A stretch of 64,000 nt of DNA from Candidatus Bathyarchaeota archaeon (GCA_963769425.1 CAVYLP010000004.1:1-64000); one strand, 5' to 3'; counted from the stretch's first letter, positions 29,752-40,527 are shown. Notes: a model not told the origin generated them from the letters alone. Numbers and translations are program-made.

Positions 29752-30732
29752 ATGGCAAACACAGCGGGCCTCTGGCGACTCCGCCTAACAATGGCGACCA
29801 CCGTCGCACTCATCATCGCCGTCACTACCCTCGCCTTCTCCGCGATCCTATGGTGGTTCGACGCCCTAGACGTCTTCACCCTCCTAATCACCGTCGGCCT
29901 ATTCAACGTCGCCCAATGGCTGTTCGCCCCCTACCTAGTCAACATGATGTACAAGGTCAAGAAGGCGGAGCCAGGCGACCGCCCCGAGCTTCAGGGCATG
30001 ATCGAGCAGATCAGCCAGCGCAGCGGCATAAGCACCCCCAAGCTCATGATAAGCGGCCTCCAGATACCCAACGCCTTCGCCTACGGCTCACCCCTCACCG
30101 GCAACATGGTCGCGGTCACAGACGGCCTCCTCACCGGCCTCGAACCCGAGGAGGTCGAAGCCGTCATCGGCCACGAGGTCGGCCACCTAAAACACCACGA
30201 CATGCAGGCCATGATGATCGTAAGCTTCCTCCCCAGCCTCTTCTACATACTCGCCCGAAGCCTACTCTGGAGCAGCTGGTTCGGCGGAAGCAACGGCAAG
30301 AAGAGCGACGGAGGCAGCCTCGCACTCGTCGGCGGACTCAGCATGATCGTCTACTTCATACTCACCATGCTCAACCTAGGCCTAAGCCGCCAGCGCGAGT
30401 ACTTCGCCGACAGACACGCCACCGAGGTAGTCGACGACGGTGCCCGAAAACTCAGCGAAGGTCTAGCCAAGATCAGCAGCAAGACCTGGACCCAGCAACG
30501 CAGAGGCGAGAAGATTGCCGACAGCGGCTTTAAGACCCTCTTCATCAGCGACCCTGACCGCGCTGGCATCGACGTCGCCGAGATGCAGACCGCACGTTTC
30601 GGCGAACCAGACTCCCAGCTTGTCGAGGACATCCTCCACCGCAGAGTCACTGGCTTCGACAGCTTCATGGAGCTTTTTAGCACCCACCCTAACATCGTGA
30701 AGAGGCTCCAGGCCCTAAACCCGGACCAGTAG
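29752..30732 (+). CDS. htpX: HtpX membrane zinc metalloprotease (M48)
   Basis: PNAFAYG, HEVGH, SRQREYFAD and FSTHP motifs; TM segments. Confidence 0.93.
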   Translation: MANTAGLWRLRLTMATTVALIIAVTTLAFSAILWWFDALDVFTLLITVGLFNVAQWLFAPYLVNMMYKVKKAEPGDRPELQGMIEQISQRSGISTPKLMISGLQIPNAFAYGSPLTGNMVAVTDGLLTGLEPEEVEAVIGHEVGHLKHHDMQAMMIVSFLPSLFYILARSLLWSSWFGGSNGKKSDGGSLALVGGLSMIVYFILTMLNLGLSRQREYFADRHATEVVDDGARKLSEGLAKISSKTWTQQRRGEKIADSGFKTLFISDPDRAGIDVAEMQTARFGEPDSQLVEDILHRRVTGFDSFMELFSTHPNIVKRLQALNPDQ

Positions 30733-31308
30733 TCTCGACAGCTCCAACATATCCCTCTCAAGCTCGGTGAGCAGCTTCCTATTGTAGATGGCCGCTGCTG
30801 GATGGTAGAGGGGGAACACGACCACCTCTCCCCAGGGTGCTTCAACCCTGATAGGTTTCCCGTGGGTTTCCCCTATTACAGACCCCTCAACACCGAACCT
30901 CTCAAAGATATGCCCGATGGCGCTGTTCCCCATCGGTGCGATGACCCTAGGCCCGATTATTTCAAGCAGCTTCTCAAGATGCCCCGAGCAAGCCTCGACC
31001 TCCTCCCTCCTCGGCCTCCTGTTACCCGGAGGCCGGCACCGGACGACGTTTGTTATGAAGACTCTGTCACGGCTAAGGTTGGCCTCCGTGAGGAGCCGGT
31101 CGAGTAGCTTCCCCGCGGACCCGACGAAGGGGCGCCCGGTCTCGTCCTCCCTCCGCCCGGGGGCCTCCCCGACGAATACGACCTGAGAATCGAGGTCCCC
31201 CTCGCCCATGACTCGGTTCTTAGCCCCAGCGCACAGACCGCAGGCCCCGCAGGACTCAACCTCCCGAGTAAGTTCCTCGAACCGAGCCTTCTTAGACGAT
31301 TGAGCCAG
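30715..31308 (-). CDS. udg: Family 4 uracil-DNA glycosylase
   Basis: GEAPG, GRPFVG, NVVRCRPPGNR and HPAA. The frame extends upstream through CGACGLC to CTG 31308, which follows GAGGTG. Confidence 0.9.
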   Translation of the reverse strand: MAQSSKKARFEELTREVESCGACGLCAGAKNRVMGEGDLDSQVVFVGEAPGRREDETGRPFVGSAGKLLDRLLTEANLSRDRVFITNVVRCRPPGNRRPRREEVEACSGHLEKLLEIIGPRVIAPMGNSAIGHIFERFGVEGSVIGETHGKPIRVEAPWGEVVVFPLYHPAAAIYNRKLLTELERDMLELSRLLVRV

Positions 31309-31401
31309 TGTCAGGGCACCTCTAAATTATACGCACTTGAAGCGGAAAAAGCTGCGTCCCGACTGAAAAAGCATTTCAGCCCAGACCCCCACAACCCTAC
31401 C

Positions 31402-31860
31402 ATGGAGCACAGCAGACCCCACCCCGCTTTCAAGGTCTGGATGGAGACCGACGACGGTTACGTCTTTGGCCCCGGCGTCTACAGCCTATTAAAGAGGGTG
31501 AACGAGGTTGGCACCCTAAAGGAGGCCGCGAGCCAGCTCGGCATGAGCTACAGATACGCCTGGGGCCTCATCAGGAAAGCCGAGGAAAAGCTGGGGGAAC
31601 CCCTCCTCTCAGCCCACAAGGGGGGCCGATCCGGCGGGGGAGGCGCTGAACTCACTGAACGTGGTAAACATTTCCTCGTCGAGTTCCAGCGCCTCAGGGA
31701 GCAGATGGTGCGCGCCTCCGAGGCAGACCCCGAAAAGTGCATCTCGGGGGTAGTAAAGGAAGTCAAGGGATCGGGTGGGGAGGTCGAGGTGGTCCTACGA
31801 ATAGGAGCATCAGATAAGGCCCAGCTGAGGAAGGGACAGAGTGTAAGCCTCCAACTGTGA
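31402..31860 (+). CDS. ModE-family winged-helix regulator
   Basis: FGPG...GTLKEAASQLGMSYRYAW...GGRSGGGAELT. Confidence 0.85.
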   Translation: MEHSRPHPAFKVWMETDDGYVFGPGVYSLLKRVNEVGTLKEAASQLGMSYRYAWGLIRKAEEKLGEPLLSAHKGGRSGGGGAELTERGKHFLVEFQRLREQMVRASEADPEKCISGVVKEVKGSGGEVEVVLRIGASDKAQLRKGQSVSLQL

Positions 31861-31871
31861 CTATCTGCTTC

Positions 31872-32192
31872 TCAATCAATTCTGCTGCTATCCATGATCT
31901 CTAGGTATTTCCCAAACTTATCTCTGAGGGCCTGCCCCTCCTCGGTCATCCTGTAGAAGCATCTCCCATCGGTCGTTGCGTCATCCCTGGACAGGTAATT
32001 GAACTTGCATAGGTCGTTCAGGTGATGGTATACGTTCCCAATGTCACCGTCGTCGAGGTATATGTGGAACTGATCCTTCATCGTCTTCCAGATGTCGTAG
32101 CCGTAGGACTCCTGCCCAGAGTCGCCGTTCATGGATATGATTGCCAGTATCTTCATCTTGGTGGCGCCGCAGGAGCCCTGTGGTTTGGGCAA
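31872..32192 (-). CDS. PadR-like winged-helix regulator
   Basis: SYGYDIWK...GNVYHHLNDL...FYRMTEEG. Confidence 0.7.
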   Translation of the reverse strand: MPKPQGSCGATKMKILAIISMNGDSGQESYGYDIWKTMKDQFHIYLDDGDIGNVYHHLNDLCKFNYLSRDDATTDGRCFYRMTEEGQALRDKFGKYLEIMDSSRID

Positions 32193-32297
32193 TTTAACTC
32201 GAAAGACTTATAAGCGCCACCGGTATATATAACTTACGTATATGTAAAATATACTCTTCTCAGGACTAACCATCCAGGGGAGAAGTCGTGGGAGTGA

Positions 32298-33251
32298 ATG
32301 AAGATGGAAGTAGAGTCTCGTCGGTGCCCGAAGTGTGGTGGCACAAGTATAGTGAGCGACCCAGAGAACGGTGAGCGAGTATGCAACAAGTGTGGTCTCG
32401 TGATAGAGGAGTCGCCCATCGATATGGGCCCAGAGTGGAGGGCCTTCACGGTCGCTGAGAAAGAGAGCCGGAGTCGCACAGGGTTAGGGGCATCCCTGAC
32501 ACTCTACGACAAGGGCCTCTCCACCGTATTCAAGGGGGACCGCGACGCCTCGGGCAAGAAGCTGGGCGGACACGAGATGGTCAAGATGGACCGCCTCAGG
32601 CGATACGATAACAGGAGCAAGTTCGATGAGACCTGGCGAAGGAACCTCAGCGTGGCGATGGCGGAGCTGGATAGGATGTCAGCGATCCTCCATGTCCCGA
32701 ATAACGTCAAGGAGCAGGCAGCCTTCATCTATCGCAAGGCGCTCAAGGCCGACCTCATCAGGGGCCGGAGCATAGATGCCTTCGTAGCCGCATCGCTCTA
32801 CGCCGCATGTAGGGAGGCTGAGGTACCGAGGCCAATAAAGAAGGTCTCAGAAGCGAGCACGAGGGACCACTCGGAGGTAGCGAGGACCTATCGCCTCATC
32901 ATCAAGGAGCTGAAGATCCGGATGCCAGTCGACGAGCCGATGAAGTTCGTACCTAGCATCGCAGCGAAGCTGAGTCTCAGAAGGGACACGGAGCAGAAGG
33001 CCATCAACATCCTGAGGACTGCGAAGATCAAGCAGGGTCTCGTCGGCAAGGACCCGCGTGGCCTTGCCGCGGCGGCGCTCTACATGGCTTGTCTAGAGAA
33101 CGACGACAGACGCATCCAGAAAGAGGTCGCTCGGGCAGCGGGCACGACAGAGGTCACGCTTAGGAACAGGCTCCGCGGTCTGGAGACCTCGATAGCGCCG
33201 GATTCGCTCCACATGATCGATCTCCCGGCATCAACACCGATCTCCATGTAG
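32298..33251 (+). CDS. tfb: Transcription initiation factor IIB
   Basis: Zn ribbon CPKCG...CNKCG, GPEWRAF, GRS and GKDP cyclin repeats, TEVTLRNR. Confidence 0.96.
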   Translation: MKMEVESRRCPKCGGTSIVSDPENGERVCNKCGLVIEESPIDMGPEWRAFTVAEKESRSRTGLGASLTLYDKGLSTVFKGDRDASGKKLGGHEMVKMDRLRRYDNRSKFDETWRRNLSVAMAELDRMSAILHVPNNVKEQAAFIYRKALKADLIRGRSIDAFVAASLYAACREAEVPRPIKKVSEASTRDHSEVARTYRLIIKELKIRMPVDEPMKFVPSIAAKLSLRRDTEQKAINILRTAKIKQGLVGKDPRGLAAAALYMACLENDDRRIQKEVARAAGTTEVTLRNRLRGLETSIAPDSLHMIDLPASTPISM

Positions 33252-33314
33252 CCGTTGAGCCATTAAGTAGGCTAATATTTTTAACCCCTCGCCCACCATC
33301 AACTCCGATTCGAC

Positions 33315-33590
33315 TTGGCCGGGGATAAGAAGCCGGAGAAGAAGATCTCGATCGAGGAAGCGTTCCGCAGGATACGTCCTGTCTTCATAATGATGATGCT
33401 TTTCCCCTTCTTCGGCCTCGTCGCGACGATGGTCCTCCTCTACGTCCTGAGGGTGAAGAACCTCCTCCAGATGGAGGGGCTCGTCCTCTTCGCGATGTTC
33501 ATCTACGTCTCCACTACCTACCTCGCTGCTAGGAAGATGGGGCAGATGGGGCAGAAAGTTAAACCGTCGGAGCCTGAGAAGGAACCCTAG
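33315..33590 (+). CDS. Small two-TM membrane protein
   Basis: Two hydrophobic segments; codon usage matches neighbours; lies upstream of the ATPase subunit I gene. Confidence 0.6.
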   Translation: MAGDKKPEKKISIEEAFRRIRPVFIMMMLFPFFGLVATMVLLYVLRVKNLLQMEGLVLFAMFIYVSTTYLAARKMGQMGQKVKPSEPEKEP

Positions 33591-33669
33591 CTGGGCATCT
33601 CCGGAGGCAGCAGGGCATATATGCGCCCTAAAGTTTTTAATGGGAAGAACCGCATTAAGGTGAGTCGCC

Positions 33670-35838
33670 TTGATGAAAAAAGTCACGATCATCACCTTCC
33701 CGGAGTACGAGAGCCTGGTCCTCGACTCCCTCGGCGCGGCGGGTGTGACCCAGCTCAAGGAGGTCACCGGCGCCGATTATGACGAGTATCGGAAGGAAGC
33801 CACCGGCCCTGACTATAAGGCACTTTTCGGCGAGGTCGATCCACGCTACAGGGAACTCCTGAAGCTCATCAGCTTCAAGATCGACCGCACCATCCCGAGC
33901 CTAGACGTCCTCCGCGACTACGCTAGGAACCCCGAGGTGAAGACGAAGGCAACCGTCCAGCAGCTCGACCGGATCCTAGCGCAGCTTAGGGGAGCCAGGG
34001 AGGCTCAGAACAGCGAGGCGGAGAGGATCACCAAGGAGCTCGACGAGAAGATCAGCAAAGCCAGCGCACTCTACCACGAGAAGAAGCGCAACCTCCTAGA
34101 CGTTTACGCCCGCTGGAACATCAAGATAGAGCTCATGAAAGCGCTCGGCTCCGACGAAATCAAGGGGAGCCTAGGGTACGGTGTAGTTAACACCGAGTTC
34201 CTAAAGCGCCTGGAGCAGCACATGGCGAAGCAGCCGGAGGCAAAGATCAAGGCGACCAGCATCTCCCCCTCCGAGAGCTTCATAGAGGTCAAAGGCCCGC
34301 AAGAACTCGAAAAGTGGGTACACGACCTATTCCTCGTCTTCGAGGTCATGGACATTTCCGTAGTCCTAGGCACCGAAGCCAAGACCATCATCGACCCCAC
34401 TAAGAGGGGTAAGGAGCTCGAGAAGCTCCAGAAAGAAATGGTGGCTTGGATTGAGGGAATACAGGCAACGGGCGCCAGCTTCGAAGAGAAGATGGCCACA
34501 CTCGAAACCGAGCACCAGGAATCCATCAAGGCCCTAGAGAAGGAGAAGATCGAGAAGCTCGCTACCTCCACCCAGCAGTGGTCAGAGCGAGCGACAAAGG
34601 TCGAAACCGAGGTCAAGGAGAAGGATATGGGCGCCCTTAGCGAGATCGCGTTCAACTACAACCTTCTCAGACTCGCCGCCGACGGGCGGGCCCCGGTTAT
34701 GAGAACCAAGGTCTTCAGCATCCTGCAGGGCTGGACGCCGGACGAGAATGTAGCGGAGTTCAAGACGGCGCTCACCGACGTCGAGGCTAAGACTGGTGAG
34801 AAGATCATAGTCGAGGTCGAGGACATCGAGCATGGGACGAAGGGTGTGCCGACGCCGACGCCCAACATGAAGCCCCATATCCTCCTACCGACGTGGAAGC
34901 TCACCACTCTACGCGGGTGGCCGACGAACACAGAGTTAAACCCCGCTTACATAAGCGTCATAGTCTTCTCCTTCCAGTTCGGGCTCATGTATGGTGATGT
35001 TGGCCAGGGGCTCATCATACTACTGCTCGGTATAATCTTCACGATGAAGTTCAAACGCGGGATGCTGAAGTACCTCGGTGGTCTGTTCCTCCCAATGGGC
35101 ATAGCCGCCACTATCTTCGGCTTCCTCTACGGCTCATTCTTCCTCAACGAGTCGATACTGGCACAATTCTACGAGCCTATTATGCCCAACCCGATCCATC
35201 AGACGACCAAGCTACTCCTCCTCGTTTTCGAGATAGCGGCCATCGAGATCATATTCGGGTTGTGCATAGGCGCCTACAACCAGATTAAGAAGGGCAACCC
35301 CGTGGGTGCCCTCGGTGAGCACGGCCTTGGGATGATACTCTACGTCGGCGGCCTATACATGACCGCGATGTACTTCATCTCAATCCACATGAACTTCATG
35401 ATGGCCCTCACCTACCCCGGCTTCTACGTGATGATAATCGGGATGCTCCTGAGCTTCGCGGAGCCGGTGATTCACAGCATACAGCACGGTCACGGCGTTG
35501 GGATGGAGAGCATCGGCGAGGGCGTCGGCGGGCTGCTGATGACCTTCGTCGAGGGACTCGCTAACCTCTTTAGCTTCCTGCGTATCGCCGCGTTCGCGTT
35601 AGCACACGCTAGCTTAGCGATAGCGGCTGAGGCACTAAGCGCGGCTCTAGTACTGCCCATTCCGATCCCAATCGGCCTTGTGATCATGAATGTCGTGGCG
35701 CTCAGCTTCGAGTTAATATCTAGCACAGTTCAGAGCTTGAGGCTGCTCTACTACGAGTTCATGGGCAAGTTCTTCGACGGGCAAGGGGTACCGTTCAAGC
35801 CATTCACAGTTCCGAAGGACAAGAGAATAACCGAGTAA
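33670..35838 (+). CDS. atpI: A/V-type ATP synthase subunit I (a)
   Basis: MKKVTI N-terminus, LQGWTP, FGLMYGDVGQG, SFLRIAAF (essential Arg), LRLLYYEFMGKFF. Confidence 0.93.
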   Translation: MMKKVTIITFPEYESLVLDSLGAAGVTQLKEVTGADYDEYRKEATGPDYKALFGEVDPRYRELLKLISFKIDRTIPSLDVLRDYARNPEVKTKATVQQLDRILAQLRGAREAQNSEAERITKELDEKISKASALYHEKKRNLLDVYARWNIKIELMKALGSDEIKGSLGYGVVNTEFLKRLEQHMAKQPEAKIKATSISPSESFIEVKGPQELEKWVHDLFLVFEVMDISVVLGTEAKTIIDPTKRGKELEKLQKEMVAWIEGIQATGASFEEKMATLETEHQESIKALEKEKIEKLATSTQQWSERATKVETEVKEKDMGALSEIAFNYNLLRLAADGRAPVMRTKVFSILQGWTPDENVAEFKTALTDVEAKTGEKIIVEVEDIEHGTKGVPTPTPNMKPHILLPTWKLTTLRGWPTNTELNPAYISVIVFSFQFGLMYGDVGQGLIILLLGIIFTMKFKRGMLKYLGGLFLPMGIAATIFGFLYGSFFLNESILAQFYEPIMPNPIHQTTKLLLLVFEIAAIEIIFGLCIGAYNQIKKGNPVGALGEHGLGMILYVGGLYMTAMYFISIHMNFMMALTYPGFYVMIIGMLLSFAEPVIHSIQHGHGVGMESIGEGVGGLLMTFVEGLANLFSFLRIAAFALAHASLAIAAEALSAALVLPIPIPIGLVIMNVVALSFELISSTVQSLRLLYYEFMGKFFDGQGVPFKPFTVPKDKRITE

Positions 35839-35948
35839 ACCCCAAAGTAGAAAAAGGTTATAAACAAAACTGATGAGCTATAGGAGAAAAAGGTGGAATA
35901 TCGAATGACTTACTCTGAGACTACCCACCGATCGTTGGAGGGGAAGCC

Positions 35949-36383
35949 TTGAGTACGGTTGATTTTCTTCCCGCTGCGATAGTCGTAGGTGCTACAGTAA
36001 TAGGCGCAGCGTATGCGATGTCCCAGGGAGCGATCGTTGGGGCATCGGCCGAAGTGGAGAAGAAGAGCACCGTCTGGGGCGCCGCCTTGAACGCGTTCGG
36101 TGGCTTTATGATCGTAATGAGCATCCTCTTTACGATCATCATATTGGCTGGAGGTGAAACTGGAGTGATACCTGAGACTGCATGGCCCCTCCTGACCGGA
36201 GCGATGACGATGATTGGAGCCGGCTTCGCCGCCGCCCTCTGTATCATGGTCGCCGCTAAGGCGGGTTCCGAGATGCTGAGCGAGAAGCCAGAGCTTTCGA
36301 TTTGGGCTCTGCTATTCATCGCTCTCGGTGAGGGTCTCGCTATCTACGGTCTGATCGTCACCATCCTGATGGTGAATAAGTAG
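35949..36383 (+). CDS. atpK: A/V-type ATP synthase subunit K (c), double hairpin
   Basis: Four TMs; SEKPEL...IALGEGLAIYGL; SD-like GGAGGG before the TTG start. Confidence 0.88.
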   Translation: MSTVDFLPAAIVVGATVIGAAYAMSQGAIVGASAEVEKKSTVWGAALNAFGGFMIVMSILFTIIILAGGETGVIPETAWPLLTGAMTMIGAGFAAALCIMVAAKAGSEMLSEKPELSIWALLFIALGEGLAIYGLIVTILMVNK

Positions 36384-36552
36384 GCCGTAGGGCGGGACAC
36401 CCCTACCCACTCCCTTCTCTTCTTAATATTCTCAAGCAAACAACATGCTGCCGCCATGCATCATTCGTGTTAATCCTGCTGGGAAACCCTTTTAATATTA
36501 ACACCAATGTTTATCCCAAGGGCTTTTAGCCCCATCATGGAAGGGTAAACGC

Positions 36553-36804
36553 ATGAAGTTCAAGGCCTTCGTCTACGTCACCCTCAAGGCCGGGTACAGC
36601 GACCCGGAGGGGGAGACAACGGCCCACGCCCTCAGGGGGCTGGGCTACGCTGTTGATGATGTCCGGTCGAGCAAGGCATACGAGGTCAGCTTCGAGGCCG
36701 CCGACCGGGCGAAGGCGGAGAAGACGCTCGACGAGATGTGCAGGCGCCTCCTCACCAATCCTACAAAGGACGACTACCGCTTCGAGATAAGTGAGAAGAG
36801 ATGA
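36553..36804 (+). CDS. purS: FGAM synthase subunit PurS
   Basis: LKAGYSDPEG...LLTNP. Confidence 0.93.
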   Translation: MKFKAFVYVTLKAGYSDPEGETTAHALRGLGYAVDDVRSSKAYEVSFEAADRAKAEKTLDEMCRRLLTNPTKDDYRFEISEKR

Positions 36805-39173
36805 GCCGAATCAGGAAGAGCCCGCACCCCTTCGAGCACTTCGAGGTAGACCTACTCAACGCCGGGGACGCGGAGCTGACCCAGATCGGTAAGACCCTAG
36901 GTCTCGGCCTAAGCCTCGTCGAGCTACGTTACATCAGGGACCACTACATCGTCAGGGAGCGCAAGGCCACAGACGTGGAGCTACAGACATACGACCAGAC
37001 GTTCAGCGAGCACTGCAGCCACAAGACCTTCAGGGGCTTCGTCGAGACCCGCGACGGCAGGGTTGACGGCCTACTCAAGACCTACATCAGGAGCGTCGTA
37101 GAGGAGCTAAGGCCGGATTGGTGCTACAGCGTCTTCGAGGACAACGCGGGGATCGTAGACCTCGAGGGGGACTACAAGGTCGCCATCAAGGTGGAGACCC
37201 ACAACCACCCTTCGGCCATCGAGCCGTTCGGCGGTGCAGCCACGGGACTCGGCGGTGTCATCAGGGACATCCTCGGCGTCTGGGCCGACCCAATCGCCTG
37301 CACGGACGTCCTCTGTTTCGGCCCCCTCAACTACCCGTGGGAGAAGCTCCCCGAGGGCGTCAAGCACCCCACATACCTCTTCAACGGTGTAGTCGACGGG
37401 ATCGGCAGCTACGGCAACAGCATAGGGATACCCACGGTTAACGGGGCGACCCTCTTTGCGGACGAGTATACGGGCAACGTAGTCGTTTACGCGGGCTGCA
37501 TCGGGGTGTTAAAGGACGATCAATACCTCCACGAGGCGAAGCCAGGGGACTACTGTGTCCTCGCCGGTGGAAGGACGGGTCTCGACGGCATCCACGGCGT
37601 CACCTTCGCCTCGGCGGAGCTGACGAAGGAGTCGGAGCAGGTCTCCCGACCAGCCGTGCAGATCGCTAACCCGATTGAGGAGGAGAAGCTTAAGCGCGCC
37701 ATACAGCAGATTAGCGAGCAGAGGCTCGGCTCCGCCATCACCGACATCGGCGGCGGGGGGCTGAGTTGCGGGGTCTGTGAGACCGCGGACAAGTACGACC
37801 TCGGAATAGACGTTGATCTCGACAGAATCCCACTTAAGGCGTCGGACATGGCGCCGTGGGAGATCTGGATATCTGAGAGTCAAGAGAGGATGCTTCTAGT
37901 CGTCCCGCCCAAGAATCTGGAGAAGGTACTCAGGATATTCGGGGACGAGCAAACCGAGGCAAACGCCATCGGGCGATACAACGGCTCAGGCATCGCCAAA
38001 CTCACATACAAGGGCATCCCAGTCGCCAACATCGACCTCAAGTCACTATTCAACCCGCCGAAGACGACGCGGACAGCGAAGTGGTCAGACCCGAGGCTCT
38101 TGGAGCCTGTCTTCGAGCAGCCCGAGGACCTCGGCGCCATCCTGCTGAAGCTCCTCGCCGGCTACAACGTCGCCAGCAAGGAGAAGGTTGTGCGCCGCTA
38201 CGATCAGGAGGTTAAGGGGCAGACGGTGGTGAAGCCGATGCAGGGGTGGAACGCTGGGCCGAGCGACGGCGCCGTGGTCAAGCCACTCGCGGACTCGATG
38301 ATCGGGATCAGCATCTCCTCGGGGATCAACCCCCGTTACGGGAGGATTAGCCCCTACTGGATGGCGGCTTGCGTCATAGACGAGGCCATCAGGAACAACG
38401 TCGCGGTGGGGGGGAGGAGGATAGCCCTCCTCGACAACTTCACTTGGGGTAGTCCCGAGTACCCCGACAGGATCGGGAGCCTCGTCGAGGCGTGCAAGGC
38501 GTGTCACGACTTCGGCGTCGCCTACGGGACCCCATTCATCTCTGGGAAGGACAGCCTCTTCAACGAGTCCCCGCTGGGGCCGATAGTGCCCACGCTACTC
38601 GTCACGGCGCTCGGGATAGTGCCCAGCGTCGGCGGCGCCATCACGATGGACCTGAAGAGGGCGGGGAACCGCCTCTACGTCGTCGGGGAGACCGCCCCGG
38701 AGCTCGGAGGCTCGGAGTACTACCACCTCATGGGCCACCTCGGGGCCTCGGTGCCGAAGCTAGACGCGTCGAAGACCTCGGCGACCTACAAACGGCTCAC
38801 AGCCGCGATGGACGCGGGCATAGTCAAAGCCTGCCACGACGCTTCCGAGGGCGGGCTCGCCGTCGCGCTGGCCGAGATGGCTTTCACCGGCGGCCTCGGG
38901 CTTGAGGCGGACTTCACCAAGGTGCCAGTCACCGAGGAGATGAGGGACGACAAACTTCTCTTCAGCGAGTCGAATGGACGCCTACTTGTGGAGGTGCAGG
39001 AGGGCGACGCGGCCAGGTTCGAGGCGATGATGAAGGGTTCAACGATAGCCTGCATAGGCTCGGTGACCAAGCAGCCGCGCCTCAAGATCAAGAGGAGTGG
39101 GAAGAAGCTGATAGACCTCGACAACGGCGAGACGATTACTGCGTGGAAGACGCCACTGGAGGCCCAGCGATGA
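36801..39173 (+). CDS. purL: FGAM synthase subunit PurL
   Basis: SEHCSHK, ETHNHPSAIEPFGGAATG, SESQERM and SGKDSL. Confidence 0.96.
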   Translation: MSRIRKSPHPFEHFEVDLLNAGDAELTQIGKTLGLGLSLVELRYIRDHYIVRERKATDVELQTYDQTFSEHCSHKTFRGFVETRDGRVDGLLKTYIRSVVEELRPDWCYSVFEDNAGIVDLEGDYKVAIKVETHNHPSAIEPFGGAATGLGGVIRDILGVWADPIACTDVLCFGPLNYPWEKLPEGVKHPTYLFNGVVDGIGSYGNSIGIPTVNGATLFADEYTGNVVVYAGCIGVLKDDQYLHEAKPGDYCVLAGGRTGLDGIHGVTFASAELTKESEQVSRPAVQIANPIEEEKLKRAIQQISEQRLGSAITDIGGGGLSCGVCETADKYDLGIDVDLDRIPLKASDMAPWEIWISESQERMLLVVPPKNLEKVLRIFGDEQTEANAIGRYNGSGIAKLTYKGIPVANIDLKSLFNPPKTTRTAKWSDPRLLEPVFEQPEDLGAILLKLLAGYNVASKEKVVRRYDQEVKGQTVVKPMQGWNAGPSDGAVVKPLADSMIGISISSGINPRYGRISPYWMAACVIDEAIRNNVAVGGRRIALLDNFTWGSPEYPDRIGSLVEACKACHDFGVAYGTPFISGKDSLFNESPLGPIVPTLLVTALGIVPSVGGAITMDLKRAGNRLYVVGETAPELGGSEYYHLMGHLGASVPKLDASKTSATYKRLTAAMDAGIVKACHDASEGGLAVALAEMAFTGGLGLEADFTKVPVTEEMRDDKLLFSESNGRLLVEVQEGDAARFEAMMKGSTIACIGSVTKQPRLKIKRSGKKLIDLDNGETITAWKTPLEAQR

Positions 39174-39982
39174 AGCGTGAGGACATAAGGGTCCTCCTCA
39201 TGCGGGCCCCCGGGACGAACTGCGACCTCGAGACGCTCCGCGCCTTCAGGGACCTCGGCGTCCAGGCGGAGCTACGCCACACCCAGGACGTCTTCAAGAC
39301 GAAGAACCTCCTCGACTACAACGTCCTCGTCTTCCCCGGAGGCTTCAGCTACGGAGACTACGTCCGCAGCGGCGCCATCTGGGCGAAGGAGTGCGAGTAC
39401 AGGATCGGTCCCGAGCTTGAGAGGTTCGTGGACGAGGGGCGCCCGGTGCTGGGGGTCTGCAACGGGTTCCAGCAGCTCGTGGAGCTCGGCTTCCTCCCTG
39501 GATTCGAGGGGAAGTCGAAGTACCCTCAGGCCGCGCTTGCGAATAGCACCCACGGCTACCAGAACAGGTGGATCAGGATGAAGTACGTGGGGCGGGGGAA
39601 CTGCGGGATGATGGGGTACCTAGAAAAGGAGCAGGTCATCGCGTGCCCCGTCGCACACGGCGAGGGGCGCTTCGTCTTCCCCAAGGATGGTGAAGAAGAG
39701 ATGCTCAGGAGCCTCTACGATAAGGATATGCTCGTCTGGCGCTACGTGAAGGCGGATGGGGGCTATGCTGAGGGGAGCTGGCCGGAGAACCCGAACGGAG
39801 CCTTCCACGACATCGCCGGCATTTGCAATCCGGAGGGGACGGTGCTGGGGCTCATGCCACACCCGGAGAGGGCATACGACGGCTGGCTTATGCCCGAGTG
39901 GACGAGGACGGGGCTCAGCCGCTACGGGGACGGGCGCCCATTCTACGAGAGTATAGTGAAGTACACCGAGAGGCGCTTCTAG
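39170..39982 (+). CDS. purQ: FGAM synthase glutaminase subunit PurQ
   Basis: PGTNCD, PGGFSYGD, GVCNGFQ, AHGEG and MPHPER. Confidence 0.96.
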   Translation: MKREDIRVLLMRAPGTNCDLETLRAFRDLGVQAELRHTQDVFKTKNLLDYNVLVFPGGFSYGDYVRSGAIWAKECEYRIGPELERFVDEGRPVLGVCNGFQQLVELGFLPGFEGKSKYPQAALANSTHGYQNRWIRMKYVGRGNCGMMGYLEKEQVIACPVAHGEGRFVFPKDGEEEMLRSLYDKDMLVWRYVKADGGYAEGSWPENPNGAFHDIAGICNPEGTVLGLMPHPERAYDGWLMPEWTRTGLSRYGDGRPFYESIVKYTERRF

Positions 39983-39989
39983 CCTCTCT

Positions 39990-40430
39990 CTAACCCTGAG
40001 CCCGCTTTCTCCTGTATTCTGACAGACGCTCGTTTAGTTGTTTGTCAGAGATGGCGAGCATCTCGACGGCTAATAGGGCCGCGTTCTTTGCGCCGTCGAT
40101 GGCGACGGTGGCCACTGGGACCCCGGTGGGCATCTGTACGATACTCAGGAGGGAGTCTATGCCCCCGAGCTTGACCTCCTTCGGGACGCCGATTACGGGC
40201 TTGATGGTCTGGGCGGCGACTACGCCGGGTAGTGCCGCTGCGAGACCGGCTATGCAGATGAAGACCTGCGCGTCTGTGCCCTCGACGTACTGGGTTAGGG
40301 CCTTCAGGTTCCTGTGGGCGGAGAGGGTCCTCTGCTCGTACTCGACCCCGAACTCCTTGAGGGTTGAGGCGGCTGCGTCGCTGAGCTCCTTGTCTGAGTC
40401 GCTGCCGACTATGATGGCGACCTTTGGCAT
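39990..40430 (-). CDS. purE: N5-CAIR mutase / AIR carboxylase
   Basis: GSDSD, SAHR, AGLAAALPG and SIVQMPTGVPVATV; real start is MPKVAII at 40430. Confidence 0.94.
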   Translation of the reverse strand: MPKVAIIVGSDSDKELSDAAASTLKEFGVEYEQRTLSAHRNLKALTQYVEGTDAQVFICIAGLAAALPGVVAAQTIKPVIGVPKEVKLGGIDSLLSIVQMPTGVPVATVAIDGAKNAALLAVEMLAISDKQLNERLSEYRRKRAQG

Positions 40431-40527
40431 GGGGTAGGATTGGGGTGATCTGCTTATGAAAGTAGTCCCACGGTCGGAGTTCTGGGGCGGGTAACGCTTA
40501 TCCCCGACTCTCATTCCATTTGATTCG

